The notes: generated from the letters alone by a model not told the origin. Counted from the first letter of the stretch, positions 40,495-54,009 are shown. The stretch: 64,000 nt of DNA from Eledone cirrhosa (GCA_964016885.1 OZ024741.1:177568001-177632000), one strand, 5' to 3'. A program made the numbers and translations.

Positions 40495-43400
40495 ATCATC
40501 ATCATCATCATCATCATCGTTTAACGTCCGTGTTCCACGCTTGCATGGGTTTGGACGGGGGTTTTCCCACTTGAGGCAAGAGTGATTGTCTTGCTCGCAT
40601 AGGACTGTCTGGCAGGTTTTCTACAGTTGGATGCCCTTCCTAACACCAACCACATTTACAGTGTGGGTCTGGGAGATTTTTACCGTGTTACCTACACGGC
40701 CACATTACAGCGTGGACTGTGTGTTTTTTGTCGTGACACCTACACGATCTCATTTCTTTCGGCCTGGATGGTGGGGCACCAACATAACTTTACATAGAAG
40801 GGGGGCGGTGTGGATGGGGGGGGGGGTATTTTGTTAGAGATGCCTACTGACTGTAGTAGGTTTTACTTTTTATTTAGGTAAGGCGGGTCTTCTCTATTAC
40901 TGAGTACCGCCAAAGGTCTCGGTCCAGTGACATTGTCTTGTTAAGGTGTAAGTGTGTGAGGTCGGAGTTTATCAGCTCGTCCCAGGTTTTTCTGGGTCTG
41001 CCTATTCCGTGGCTACCGTCTATCTTTATTGCCCTGCACTTTGTTATACAGCTATCGTCCTTCATGCGCATCACGTGACCATACCAACGTAGCCTTCTCT
41101 CGAGTAAACAACATCTGATCCCTCTTATTTTTAATATTTTCCTTAGTTCGTTTATGCTTTGTCGTTCACGTATATTACTATTACACATCCAGCGGAGCAT
41201 GCAAGCTTCGTTTCTCTCTAGTCTGCGTATATCCTCTGCACACAATGCCCAGGTCTCACTGCCATGCAACATTGCTGTTCGTATGCAGGCATCGTACAAC
41301 CTGCCTTTCATTTTTAGGGAGAACCCTTTAGCGGCTAATAGTGGTATAAGCTCTCTGAACTTTTCCCACCCAGTTCTGACTCTAGCTACTGTACTTTCAG
41401 AGCACCCTCCCCCACTGCTGATTTGTCACCCAGGTAACGGAAGCTGTCCACTATTTCTATAGAACCCTCTGCGCAGTTGAAAGAGCTAGTATTTTGTGGG
41501 CACTTGCTGCTACTTATTGCCCCAGAACACCGGCCACATGTAAAATGTATGTTCTTAGTTAGCTTACCTGTGATCCCACTACATCTTTTATGAACCCAAA
41601 CTTTGCATTTGGGACACAAAATGGAATTTCTACCTACGCCTTTCCTACACTCTGGGCATGGCCACTTCCCGGAGGGGACCGCCGCCTTATTTTCTTTCTT
41701 ACAAACTAGAACTTTAGTCTTAGCCAGGTTAATTTTAAGGCCTTTTGATTCTAGCCCGTGCTTCCATGTTTGGAATTTCTTCTCTAGCTCGGCCATTGAC
41801 TCAGCTCTGAGCGTTAGATCATCTGCGTATAGGAGTTCCCATGGGCAGCCGGTCTTGAACTCCACTGTTATAGCCTGGAGGGCAATAATAAATAGTAGGG
41901 GGCTAAGAACAGAGCCCTAATGAACACCAACTTTTACACTCAACTCTTCACTATATTCGTTGTTAATTCTAACCTTGCTGACTGTTTCTTTATACATGGC
42001 TTGTATAGCTCTCACAAGCCATTCATCGACACCTAGTTTTCTAAGAGCCCACCAGATAATGGAACGGGGGACTCTGTCGAAGGCCTTCTCCAAGTCGACG
42101 ATAGCTAAGTATAGGGGTTTACTTTTAGCTAGGTACTTCTCCTGTAGTTGTCGTACAATGAAAAGAGCGTCGGTGGTACTTTTTCCTGACACAAACCCGA
42201 ACTGCATTTCATCTAGATCAATTCGCTCTCTGATTAGTTGCGCTATTACTTTTTCTGTGACCTTCATGACCTGGTCGATTAATTTAATGCCTCTATAGTT
42301 ACTCCTATCTAGGGCATCTCCTTTACCCTTATAATAGTTAACGATAATGCTGCTACGCCAGTCCTTCGGAACAACCCCATTCTGTATGACTTGGTTGACT
42401 ATCCGGGTCGCCATGGTGTGTCCCACCGTACCAGATGCCTTCAGCATCGCGGCAACTATTTCCGAAGGCCCTGCCGCCTTGCCTGTCTTCATATCTTTGA
42501 TTGCCTTACTTATTATACTACCCTCGACTAACACTGCTGGTCCCTCTAATGGGTCGATGTGGGGGAGACTGTCTTTCTCCCATTTATTCTCCTCATTGAG
42601 TAGCCTTTCATAGTGACACTTCCAAGCTACCTTCTTATCGGCGTCGGTGATGGCAAGTACGCCGTCATCGTTAAGTACACACTTCTCCCCGACAATATCA
42701 GTGTTTTCCTTGACACATTGCCTAGCAATCCTAAACACCTCACGTTTTTGGTCCTCACGTTGTAGAACATGCTTGAACTTTCTTTCCTCTGCTTCCCTTC
42801 TTGCGAAGTACACTTGTCTCCTAGCTTCCCTCCTGGCCACTTGATAGTCTTCGCTGCTTCCCCCATCCCGCCATACTTTCCAAGCCTGCTTTTTGGCCTT
42901 AATTGACCCCTCCACCTTACTGTTCCACCACCATGTTACTCTCCTCCTGCCTACAGGCCTGCTCCAGCCACAGACTTCGTCTGTCGCCGTCAGCAGGTTT
43001 GCTTTCAGGAATTCCCACTGTTCCTCTACCTTGTACGACTCTATTTGATCTTCCTTACTGTCGAAAGCATCAAGTAATATGCTTTGGAATTTATTTTTCG
43101 CTGTGGGGTCCTTTAGCTTCCATATTTTTCTCCTGAGGGTAGTCCTCTTCTGTTGCCTAGTACGTCTCGTCCTGACTATTAGGTCGCTAATTATCAGTCT
43201 ATGTCGGGAGGTGCATTCTTCATGGGATTTAGTGTTTACAACAGTCACTTTGTCACGTCTTCTGGTAAGGATATAATCTACCTGGCTGGTATGTTCCCCT
43301 GAACTGTAGGTGATCAAGTGATTGTCTCGTTTTTTGAAGTTAGTGTTGCAGATAGTTAGGTTATTTGCGTCACAGAATTCCAGGATTCTGGAGCCTTCCT

Positions 43401-43552
43401 CATTTCTAGTACCAAACCCATAGCCTCCATGGGTTTCGTCGTAGCCGTCACAATGATGTCCAACGTGACCGTTTAGGTCGCCTGCAATAATTATATAGTC
43501 ACTGTCGGTTATTTGGGAGGTAGTGAGCATCAGTGTCTCATAGAATCTGTCT
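40495..43552 (-). mobile_element. RTE-clade LINE, 5'-truncated, with (GAT)n tail
   Basis: APE ([17 protein letters not shown]), RT (NYRGIKLI, MQFGF, DLEKAFDRVP, GVH*GSVLSPLLF, LLYADD), C4HC3-like finger, C-terminal RLRWYGHV...GRPRKTW; tail ...ggacgttaaacgatgatgatg. One stop at 41917 and a frameshift near 41420. Confidence 0.92.
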
Positions 43553-43564
43553 TTTATATATATA

Positions 43565-43813
<249 letters not shown>

Positions 43814-43849
43814 TATATACATATATATACACATATATATATATATATA

Positions 43850-44011
43850 TCGTTTCTGAATTTGTTTAGCAAGATTCTTTATCTGAAAACGTTTGTTGAA
43901 ACCGATATTGTTATACTTTGGGAGGGTCATGTTGCCAATAAGAAACACACGCACCAGACTGATGCGTGTGTTTCTTATTGGAAACATGACACTTCCAAAG
44001 TATAACAATAT
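43850..44011. repeat. Fold-back of family C 3' end between (TA)n
   Basis: atattgttatactttgggagggtcatgttgccaataagaaacacacgca / tgcgtgtgtttcttattggaaacatgacacttccaaagtataacaatat (43905-44011). Confidence 0.85.
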
Positions 44012-44055
44012 ATGTATATATATATATATATATATACATACATATATATACACAC

Positions 44056-44178
<123 letters not shown>

Positions 44179-44419
44179 TATACACATATTTACTTATATA
44201 CGTTTATATAATTATTTATTTATTTGTACACAAGCATACACACACACACATATTTATATGTTCGTGGTTTTGTATACCCATGGTAAGGTTTTGCGTATGC
44301 TTGTGTATGTACGTATCTGTTTGCGTGTATGTATTTATTTGTTTCTATTACTTCTGTATTGTATTTATTTACTTTGTTCTTAACTCTGTAGCGGAGATTC
44401 ATTTGGTCTCCTAGTTAGA

Positions 44420-44840
44420 ATTTTAGTCTACGATTTCTGCTATACCATTTACGTGGTTTTGTCTTTGCGTGCTATTGTTCTCCACGCTCCACATATGACT
44501 TATTATCTTCGTTTTTTCGTTCATTGCCAGAGAACGTCTCTATGCACCACCTAAGAGAACATTAGTCTACGACCTCTTTTATACAATAAACGTGGTTTTG
44601 TCTTTGTGCGTAATTGTTTTTCACCGCTCCTATTAATGACGTATTATTCGTTTTTTCCCGTTCTTTGCCAGCGAACGTTACCACGAACCAAAGTATCATC
44701 TTCCTGTCTTCCTCCGGTTGCAACGTTTTTTGAAATATCCAGTTCTGCGTTTACAGATTGACTTTGTTAGTTTCAGAAGATCCCGTTAAGGGTGAAAGCA
44801 GCGATTCTTTGCTTAAACTTTAATCTGTTATTTTAATAGA
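44420..44840 (+). mobile_element. Family B copy with internal about 140-bp tandem duplication
   Basis: ttagtctacg...acgtggttttgtctttg occurs at about 44423 and 44562; HHR-like motif at 44769-44819. Confidence 0.7.
44769..44819 (+). ncRNA. Type I hammerhead-like motif, U4A core variant
   Basis: AGTTT-CAGAAGA-T-CCC(GTTAA)GGG-T-GAAAGCA(gcgattctt)TGC-TT-AAACT. Confidence 0.65.
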
Positions 44841-44853
44841 TATATATATATAC

Positions 44854-44914
<61 letters not shown>

Positions 44915-45365
44915 AAGAAAAGGTAGTTATCACTTGTTGTTGGTGAAATCAAACTTGTGAGGGATTATGCAACTGTTAATTGAGAGGCAATTTAGCGAAT
45001 TGATCTCTCAGAATGTCTAACTGAGGCTTGCAAGATAATATTCAAGGGCTAAATGCACGTTTTTTTTTTTTGTTTCATATTTTTTTCTTTTTTAGTTTTC
45101 AATAGATCACCCAGATTGTACGATAGGAAAAACTGACAAGTCTTGATTAGAATAAGTTATTTAATTACACATTCTAATACATAATTAATTAATGAATTAC
45201 GACATTGTCTACAGAGGTGGTTATGAATATCGATATTTTTAATCATTGTAGTAACTTATTTCTTCCTTGTACAGTGTTGATTACTTTGTTGTTTTCCTTT
45301 TCGATTTGCATACATAAGCTAGCATACGGATACGCACACATAGATACACACACAGACCCCCCCCC

Positions 45366-45439
<74 letters not shown>

Positions 45440-46151
45440 TACATATATAGATAGATATAGAATGTGGGTAATATTAAATATTATTCAATTACAAGTATGA
45501 GAATAGCTCAATGTAAAATAACAAGTATATTACAGAGCCGAAATACTTTATAAACAACAATCAAAGAGTGTTTAGAACATTTAATCAGTTACGATCGTTT
45601 CATCCTAGTATATGGCAAATGTCATCGGAGTATATAGTTAAGGTTAAAACACAAATATTATAACAGAAGTGTGTCATTAGATCAATTTGAGGATACATAA
45701 TATAGGAAGTAAGCATAAGTATCAACATTTATATAAGAAAAGATGGCAAATGTAGAAGAAGCATATGAAAAAAGGAGCATATAAATACAATAAAATGCAA
45801 GAAAATGAAATTAGGAGCAGCTAAAAGCATTGAACATTTTTTTAAAATATGCTGGTATAGAGAAACATGTTGCTATAAAGAAGTTAAGTATAGTGCAAGA
45901 CATGTATCACAATTAGTAAGTAAACTTAAATCATAAACATTACAAAGTTTATAAAATTAATAAGAGCAGGTACAAATATAGATTTAAGTATATAAGAATA
46001 TAAAAATACATCTCCAAAATATATTTTGATAAAAAAAAATAGGTCGTCTGCATCATTCAGTCATAAAGATAAACTATTATTTTTCAAAGTTAATAATATC
46101 GGATGAGTATACTCAGCAAAATAAATATTAAATATAGGTTAAAGTGTTATT

Positions 46152-46335
46152 TGGATTGGCAGTATCGTAGAGGGTCGGACGCCATGCTTTGACGCATAGT
46201 GTTACGGCCCTTGCCATTCTGAGTTCAAATCCTGCCGAGATTAACTTTGTCTTTCATCCTCCGGGGTTGATAAAATAAAGTACCAGTAATACACTGGGTA
46301 TTTGCTGACTTTATGCCAAAGGTAGAAACAATTAT
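46152..46335 (+). mobile_element. tRNA-derived SINE
   Basis: Same consensus as 3155-3338. Confidence 0.85.
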
Positions 46336-46875
46336 CAATAAAACCATTCAAAGGAGTTAATGTTGAGTAAATATACTCAGCAAACTATAATCCAATATAG
46401 AATAAGTGTTATCATTGGAAAAAGCACCACATATTTGAATAGAGGCAATAAAGTCTTATATGCGAAGCATAAATAACTTCATCTTAACATAGAGTTTGAA
46501 AATGCATCATCAGTTGACAGTTGATGCAAAATTAAGAATAAAAGGGAGATCATTCATAAATATTTTTTATGTGAGAGTTACAAATTATTAAATGGAAAAA
46601 TAGATATTTAATAATTACATTGAAATTATTAGGTCAAATGATTATAAAACTAATGAATTATTTTAACAGAGTGAGGCAATGGATTATATATTTATTAAAC
46701 ATAATATATATACTTTTCATATATATATATATATATATATACATATATGAATGTATCTATAGTATATTTGGCAAAATACAGTATGTTTAATTAGAAACAT
46801 TTTGAAGACCATACGCTATCGCTTTTAAAGTAGTAACTATGTCACTTACTTCTTTTCGGCGAAAGAAAGGGGAGA

Positions 46876-46916
46876 AGCTAACAGTCTGTTTCACGCTGTT
46901 GGCGATCATCAGAGCC
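46876..46916 (-). ncRNA. Type I hammerhead ribozyme inside a longer hairpin
   Basis: GGCT-CTGATGA-T-CGC(CAACA)GCG-T-GAAAC-AGACT-GTT-AGCT; flanks ttttcggcgaaag...ggga / tccc...ctttcgccgaaaa extend helix I. Confidence 0.85.
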
Positions 46917-46950
46917 ACGCACTCCCTGCTTTCGCCGAAAATTATAGAAG

Positions 46951-47146
46951 CTGGATTCTTATAGAATTACAGTAATAATCAGGAGCTGATTATACAGAGC
47001 GATTGCCGGTCCAGCAAAAATTAGGTATTAGGATTGGTGCTCTGAAATAGCAATGTATACATGAATGTATACCTAAATTTTGCTGGACCGGCAATCGCTC
47101 TGTATAATCAGCTCCTGATTATTACTGGAATTCTATAAGAATCCAG
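46951..47146. repeat. Near-perfect inverted repeat (about 78-bp arms)
   Basis: ctggattcttatagaatt...ccggtccagcaaaaattaggtat / atacctaaattttgctggaccgg...aattctataagaatccag. Confidence 0.9.
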
Positions 47147-47149
47147 TTG

Positions 47150-47600
47150 GTTTTGCCTGTAAAATGTGTCCAGCGATCCTTTACTGAGACAGTCTAGCCA
47201 CATGCTCATAATATCGGAGTTGTTATCTCTCAATTCGGAGATTCAGCGGCTCTTCCAGGAGTGACTCTCTGGTCTCTGAGCTATGCACTTCATCGAGTAA
47301 CGTTACACCAAAGATCCTTCGGAGGAATCCCATTTCTGCCACTTTTATTTGCAATTGTATTCTTTTGGTCATTACTCAAGATCCTCGGTAAGAGTTGGCA
47401 GGAATACAAGGAAGAAAGCGAGTTTGATTTTTACACGCAACCCCTTCTTCTGATTGCTGAATGCTGAGTCTGCCGCATTACTGCATCAGCTTTTGCAATT
47501 CTTGCTCTTAATTCAGCCTCATGCATTCCATCACTCATGAACACAGCTCGAAGATACTTGAACTTCTCTAACTGCTTCAGTAGAACTCCATTCACATGTA
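47150..47600 (-). mobile_element. RTE LINE 3' fragment
   Basis: Minus strand VNGVLLKQLEKFKYLRAVFMSDGMHEAEL... Confidence 0.7.
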
Positions 47601-47809
47601 TATAAATTTGAGGGGCTTATGTACACCTGTCCATCATGCAATATGTATGTGTGTTTGTGTGAATATATGTATGTGTAAAAGGAAGGAAAAGGATATACAC
47701 ATATATATGTCTAACTTAAAAACAGTGACACACACACACACATGTCACTAACTTAAGAACGGCGATAAACGCACGAGCGCGCATACACACACACACTGTC
47801 TTATTACCA

Positions 47810-48210
47810 CTTAGGAGCTTTTGCCCGGGCAAACATTCCATCAATTTTGGAACCGCCTGAGATTTCCTGAATTGATGGGAAAAGACTTGATGGTCTTACT
47901 CTGTGCTCCTGGTCAAGAGGCAGGTGCCTTACCTGGTATGTCACAGTTAGTGACTCTTTTACTTCTTCCCACATCCTGGATGCAGCGGTGAGGTGAGAGT
48001 TACAGTATCTGCAGCTGAACGGAACAAAATCCTAAAATACGCTGTTCTGTCAGCTAACTACATTATCCAGCCTGTGTCGTTCGAGAAGTTTGGGGGAGTC
48101 GGGCTACTGACAGCGAGATTCTTATCTTCGTTGGCGGCTCGCCAAACAGAGGTAACTGGTGATGCTCCTGAGGGAACTTGGTTGTTCCAGTACCTCAGCG
48201 TCGCCATCGC
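47810..48210 (+). mobile_element. Restriction-like endonuclease fragment of a CRE-like LINE
   Basis: RANIPSILEPP...DGKRLDGLTLCSWSRGRCLTWYVTVSD (RPDG...W..G..L.WDVT motif), AERNKILKY, PVSFEKFG, WLFQYLSVAI. Confidence 0.75.
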
Positions 48211-48927
48211 CCCATTATTAGAGATGTTTCCCAGTGCTCCTCGCTATATTGCTATCTTTTCCTCTGGTAGCGTCTCGTTACTAGTCTTTCGCCTGCATTT
48301 TGTTCTATGTGATCTTAGATGTGTGTATTATGTGCTTGTGTATTTTTTCTCTTTCTCTTTTTCCTTTTCCTTTCCTTTGTATGTATTATATTTGTTAGTG
48401 CTTTCGTTCTGTAACCTAACCATTATATAAATGAGATTTTTTAAAAAGTTGATAAATAAATAAAGAGTTAATACATAAATAAAACGTTATACTTGTTTTA
48501 CCCTCCCATTTCCAATTCACCGAACGTTGCTATCATGACTGTATGTATCTGTTTGTGTAAATGTATATATGTTTGTGTGAAAGTATGTGTGAATGTTTGT
48601 GTATGTGTGTGAATGTATGTCCGTGAGCGTGTATTTTTATATGTTTGTGTTTGCGCGATTATAGTTATATATTCATACATATAGATGTATGTATGTCCAC
48701 ACTCATACGCGACAGCGTGTAGAAATCGTAATATCTCTATCTATCTCATCACACACTCTCGCTTTCTATATATATGGTAGTTAAAGTGGCGGTGGTGGCG
48801 GCGGCGTCGATATACCGGAAGTGTAGAAATTTGAAACTTTGAAAAGAAGTCAATTTATGTTTACGAAATTTAATTACAAAATTTAGCACATAATTTATGT
48901 AATATTCATTCATTATTTATTCAAAGT

Positions 48928-49113
48928 AGGATTGGCAGTATCGGTAGAGGGTCGGATGCCATGCTTTGGCGCAACGAGTTACGGCCCTTTCCATTCTGAG
49001 TTCAAATACCGCCGAGGTTAACTTTGCCTTTCATCGTTACGAGGTCGATAAAATAAAATACCAGTAATACAAGGGGTATTGGCTGGCCTTGTGCCAAAAG
49101 TATAAACAATTAT
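48928..49113 (+). mobile_element. tRNA-derived SINE
   Basis: Same consensus as 3155-3338. Confidence 0.85.
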
Positions 49114-49399
49114 TAATTCAAAGTACTCAAACTTATTTTACTAACTGGATTAAAAGAAGTAAACCGTACGCAGTCCCGCAGTCCTTACTTTATTATACTT
49201 TAGATATAACTCTTTTCAAAAAAGCATATGTATGTGTGTTATGGAAGTGGGGCTGACATCAATGAGTATTATAATCATACCATTGACATCGGTTCTATAG
49301 TATATTTAACGTCTGTACGAAGTAGTTTTGAAGAGGCTCCACCATTAAACAATGGCCATATCTGGACATAAGAACGCGCATAAATCCTCAGTTTATGAC

Positions 49400-49592
49400 A
49401 CGTTATTTATACTATACATACGTTGCCAAGGAACGTCTTTACGAACTAAACTATCGTCTTCCTGTTTTCCGTTGGTTATAAGCTTTTTCGAAATATTTAC
49501 ATCTGCGTCCACAGATTGATTTGTTTAGTTTCAGAAGATCCCATTAAGGGTTAAAGCATCGATTCTTTGCTTAAACTTTAATCTTTTCTTAT
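49400..49592 (+). mobile_element. Family B partial copy (HHR-like motif 49527-49577, GAAA mutated)
   Basis: agtttcagaagatcccattaagggttaaagcatcgattctttgcttaaact. Confidence 0.65.
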
Positions 49593-49608
49593 AATGTGTA
49601 TATATGTT

Positions 49609-49692
<84 letters not shown>

Positions 49693-49704
<12 letters not shown>

Positions 49705-50553
49705 AAGAATCAAAGAACTGTTCAAAACATTATTGTGCTTACAGCTGTTTCCTCCAAACCGAGGTTTGGATCCTTCGGAGCAATTTATTAATGAATGGAC
49801 AGTTATATGACCTCCTTTTCAACCAAGAGACATACCGATACATATGCAAATATTGTGGGTCAACATTCATTACAGCATTTAGAGTGGCAGTACACACTTC
49901 GAGATTACATTCATATTAAAAGGTACAATCAAAAATCAAAAATACAGGTTAAAATACAACATGAAGATAAGCGGTTATATAGTGCAAATGTTATATGTGT
50001 GGCAAGCACGTGCGTCTTGTTTATATAGTGTGGCAGAGAGTTACGTGTAGTAGGAGCACTTAGGTAGGTAAACAAGTCTGTGTGTGGAGAAATGCTTATA
50101 TCATTTCTCCACACACAGACCATAACAATCATATAAAGAATTTGCCACCAGATCAACCAACCTAACACTCCTGTTTACCTACCTAAGTGCTCCTACTACA
50201 CGTAACTCTCTGCCACACCATATAAACAAGACGCATGTGCTTACCACACATATAACATTTGCATTATATAACCGCTTATCTTCATGTTGTATTTTAACCT
50301 GTATTTTTGATTTTTGATTGTACCTTTTAATATGAATGTAATCTCGAAGTGTGTACTGCCACTCTAAATGCTGTAATGAATGTTGACCCACAATATTTGC
50401 ATATGTATCTGTATGTCTCTTGGCTGAAAAGGAGGTCATATAACTGTCCATTCAATAATAAATTGTTCCGAAGAATCCAAACCTCGGTTTGGAGGAAACA
50501 GCTGTAAGCACAATAATGTTTTGAACAGTTCTTTGATTCTTATATTTCATATA
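49693..50553. repeat. Long inverted repeat (about 380-bp arms, about 100-bp spacer) with an HHR in each arm
   Basis: Arms 49693-50074 and 50172-50553 nearly identical (the same peptide appears on opposite strands in the ORF track). Confidence 0.92.
50464..50510 (+). ncRNA. Minimal hammerhead, U4C core variant (mirror copy 49736-49782, minus)
   Basis: TGTT-CCGAAGA-A-TCCAAAC(CTCG)GTTTGGA-G-GAAAC-AGCT-GTA-AGCA. Confidence 0.7.
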
Positions 50554-50713
50554 ACTGCTCTGTAAATCATCTGATGTTTTTACACTGAGCTACATAACTT
50601 ACTGGTAATAAGGTAGTAATACATTACTGCCTACCACTATTTAGGGTTTGTATAAAAATACATATAACTGCAAAAGGTTTTTGTATTTACATAACCATAA
50701 ATAGTATAATTAA

Positions 50714-50750
<37 letters not shown>

Positions 50751-50752
<2 letters not shown>

Positions 50753-50950
50753 GGAACGAGTAGGACCCCGACGGCTGAGCTCAAGCCGTTTCGACGGCTA
50801 ATTCTGGACTGTCTAGAATTAGCCGTCGAAACGGCTTGAACTCAGCCGTCGGGGTGCTACTCGTTCCTATTACCCACTCTACTAGCCTAAGTATTGAGTA
50901 CTTTGGTGCGTTATGGTCCATCTGGTTCCTTACCACATTTCCTTCGTTAT
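50751..50950 (+). mobile_element. Family A fold-back element
   Basis: Palindrome 50751-50869, apex in the helix II hairpin, GAAACGGCT-tgaactc-AGCCGTC, shared tail. Confidence 0.7.
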
Positions 50951-50965
50951 ATATATATATATATA

Positions 50966-51220
50966 TATAAAGAAAAAAAGATGATATTGAAAAGGCAACT
51001 GGAGTCTTATTTAAAAAAAAATATATATATTTATTTGGTTCCTTCACCTGTTTCGCAGTTGTTCTGCGAAACTGGTAAAGGAACCCAATAAATATATATA
51101 TTTTTTTTTAAGTAATACTACAGTTGCATTTTCGATTTCATCTTTTTTCCTTTATACTTTCACTCGTGTAGGACACCTCAGTTATTTTTCATTTTGTAAA
51201 AAAAACCTCACTTTCTAATA
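50966..51220 (+). mobile_element. Family D pLTR fold-back centred on HHR helix II
   Basis: Palindrome 50966-51156, apex GCAG(ttgtt)CTGC followed by GAAACTGGTAAAGG; matches 58280-58445. Confidence 0.75.
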
Positions 51221-51230
51221 TAAATATATA

Positions 51231-51314
<84 letters not shown>

Positions 51315-52214
51315 ATAAGAAGTGGGATCGAAGTTTCAAAATATCATCATTGTGTTTATTCGTGCGTAACGTGCGTTTGCGATAGCTTATCTCACTCGCG
51401 GTTCCCTTAACGACATGAGTTATCAACGTACGGCTTTAAATATATTACGGTATTGCTATTTGGCATTCGAGTTCATGTGTCATATTGTTTGCTGGTTTGA
51501 TTAGTTGGTTGGGGTGGGGGTGAGTACAATATAAAGAGAAAAAGAGCAAAAGGAAAAAATAACTTTTGGGAAAGAGGGCAAATTGAATATATAAGAGTAA
51601 ATATAAGGGTGATAAGAATGAGAAAGAATCAAGAAAACATAGGAAAAAAATAACGAATTAGGGATAAGAAATAAAAATTCTATGATAAGAAATAAATGAG
51701 AAAGGAGAAAAAATGGAAATTAACTAGCAGACGATAAGAGATTATATACAAAATATGATAAATGTTGAAATATAAAGAAAAAATTGAAATATAAAGAAAA
51801 GGTGAGAGATAAAAATAAGTAATATAATAAATGTAAATATGAATAAATAAATGAATATGCTTCGGACGTCGCTGGATTCCTAAATTCTTTGAAGTGGCTC
51901 GTTTCAGCCGAAATGTGAAGTCGGCTCAAATTCGGCTGAAATATCGATGACCGCTGAAATATCTAGTATTCTTATTAAATACAAAATATAAATTAAGATA
52001 CCACAATAGTTCATGGTTAGCATTTAGGTCTGTATCTAGGTCTGGCACTGTGCACACGCAAACAAAGTCACATACACAAACATTCGTGTAATAGCTATTG
52101 TAAGAAAAATATTTATATTATAAGGAAGATATATACATGCATACACATTCACACACTCACACACACACACACAGACACACTCACATACGCATATATGTAT
52201 ACATATATATATAT

Positions 52215-52266
<52 letters not shown>

Positions 52267-52399
52267 CTATATATTTATTATATACAGGCAATTATTTACG
52301 TGTTTAACGTGCATATGTATATGAAAAATCTAGTCGAATATGCAAAGAAATATAATCATATAAAATAGATAGGAAATGCTCGAAGGACGGTGCGATATG

Positions 52400-53680
52400 A
52401 TTATGTTTCTTCTTTAACACCATGTTGCAGTTTTGGTGGTCTTATACGAGCCAGTCACAAAACTGATATGTTCTCAAACCGACGAAGATGTTTTGTTTTA
52501 GAAGGGAACATTACTCTCCTGGTCATATCTATATCATTGGGTTGTGAGACTTTTCCTGGGAGACACAGGTGTCACTCATTGCTCCATATCCCCTACTATT
52601 TTAAAGCTGTTTGTCCGGCAGCTGCCCGCTTATGTTGTAACTAATTCGCATATCTGATGGCTGTAAAGCTATTTGTCACCTGCAAAAAGTTCCCTAGCAG
52701 AACTGTTCTGCCGAAAATTTGCGTTGAGATAAATGTTGCTAAATCAAAATTAATCAATGTGGGATCGGACTCCGCCGATTGTGTGTGCTGTCACCTATCC
52801 TGTACATTATTTTCATGAACGGGATTGATAGGCTCAATTGGGCTGGAAGTAGTATAACATCTGGTAAGTGGAAAGTCTGTCGGCTGGAATTTGTCGACGA
52901 CATGTTATTACTTAACTCGACAGAAGGTGATCTCCAACTTGCATTTTAGAGGTTTGATGTCCAGTGCTGCCTTGTTGGAATGAAATTCAGTGCTGCGAAA
53001 ACTGAGACACTCGTCCACTCAAGGAAGCTTGCACTCTGCACTCTGCATATGAATGGAGTCACACTGAATCAGGTGGAAACGTTCAGGTATCTCGAGGTCG
53101 TGTTCACGAGTGATGGAAGGCAGGAGCCTGAATGAAGTGCAGGAATTGCAGGAGTTGGTACTGTAATGCCCCAGCTTCAGCATTCGGTATTGAGAAAACG
53201 GGAAGCAGTTGTAAAAACCAATTGTTATCTTACATTGGGTATTCGTGCCATCCCTTACCTATGACCATGAATTTTGGTAAATGACCGAAAGAATTCTATC
53301 AGGACTACAGGTGGGTGAAATCTTATTAATTCGAAGAGTCTTTGGAGGAACAGTAATCGCGAGGGTGCATCATTCCAAGTTGTGCGGCTAGTTTCCCTAA
53401 TTGAGATATCATAATTCCGATACTATGGGCATGTGATTAGAAAGATTCGCTGGAATGGTTTTAGGGGCAAGACCAACCAGCTGGATATCCAGGGGTAAAC
53501 CCCCAGCAAGATAACATCCATGAGCTGAACTGGTCTCGCTTGGCGATCCAGCTGGATCAGTTGTAAACGCCTGCTTCTGACAGCACCCACAGTAAGGAGT
53601 GTTTGATGACTCTGCCCACTCGGCCCTCTCCGGAATAAATGTGCGAAGAAGGTGAAGAAAAAGAAGAAGAAAAAGAAGAC
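52400..53680 (+). mobile_element. Degenerate RTE LINE (RT + 3' end)
   Basis: CVLSPILYIIFMNGIDR, FVDDMLLL, MNGVTLNQVETFRYL, GAA-rich tail. Confidence 0.75.
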
Positions 53681-53844
53681 AGAGAGAGGGGGGAGAGTGG
53701 GAGAGGGAGGATTCATGTGCACACATCAACACAAATATATAAACACACATATTGATATATACATATATACACTAACACACATCGAGAGAGGGAGATACAG
53801 ATATGCACACACATTTATGTACACACACACAGACACATATGTAT

Positions 53845-53936
<92 letters not shown>

Positions 53937-54009
53937 CTGTGTGGATGCAGGTGTGCGTGTGTGTATATGTGTATGGATGTATATACAGGTTTCATGTATA
54001 TATATATAA

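Noticed and set aside
43880-43915. TAT-CTGAAAA-CGTTTGTT-GAAAC...GTT-ATA as a hammerhead
   Set aside because: Core and helix II do not fit together, it is not conserved in other family C copies, and the family's convincing HHR is on the opposite strand.
49795-50451. Two near-identical ORFs (MDSYMTSFS...) on opposite strands
   Set aside because: A by-product of the inverted repeat; no recognisable protein features.
51895-51960. tttcagccgaa...ttcggctgaaa hairpin (related to 12300-12335) as another helix II fold-back
   Set aside because: Arms diverge immediately outside GAAA and I could not assign a core or helix I.
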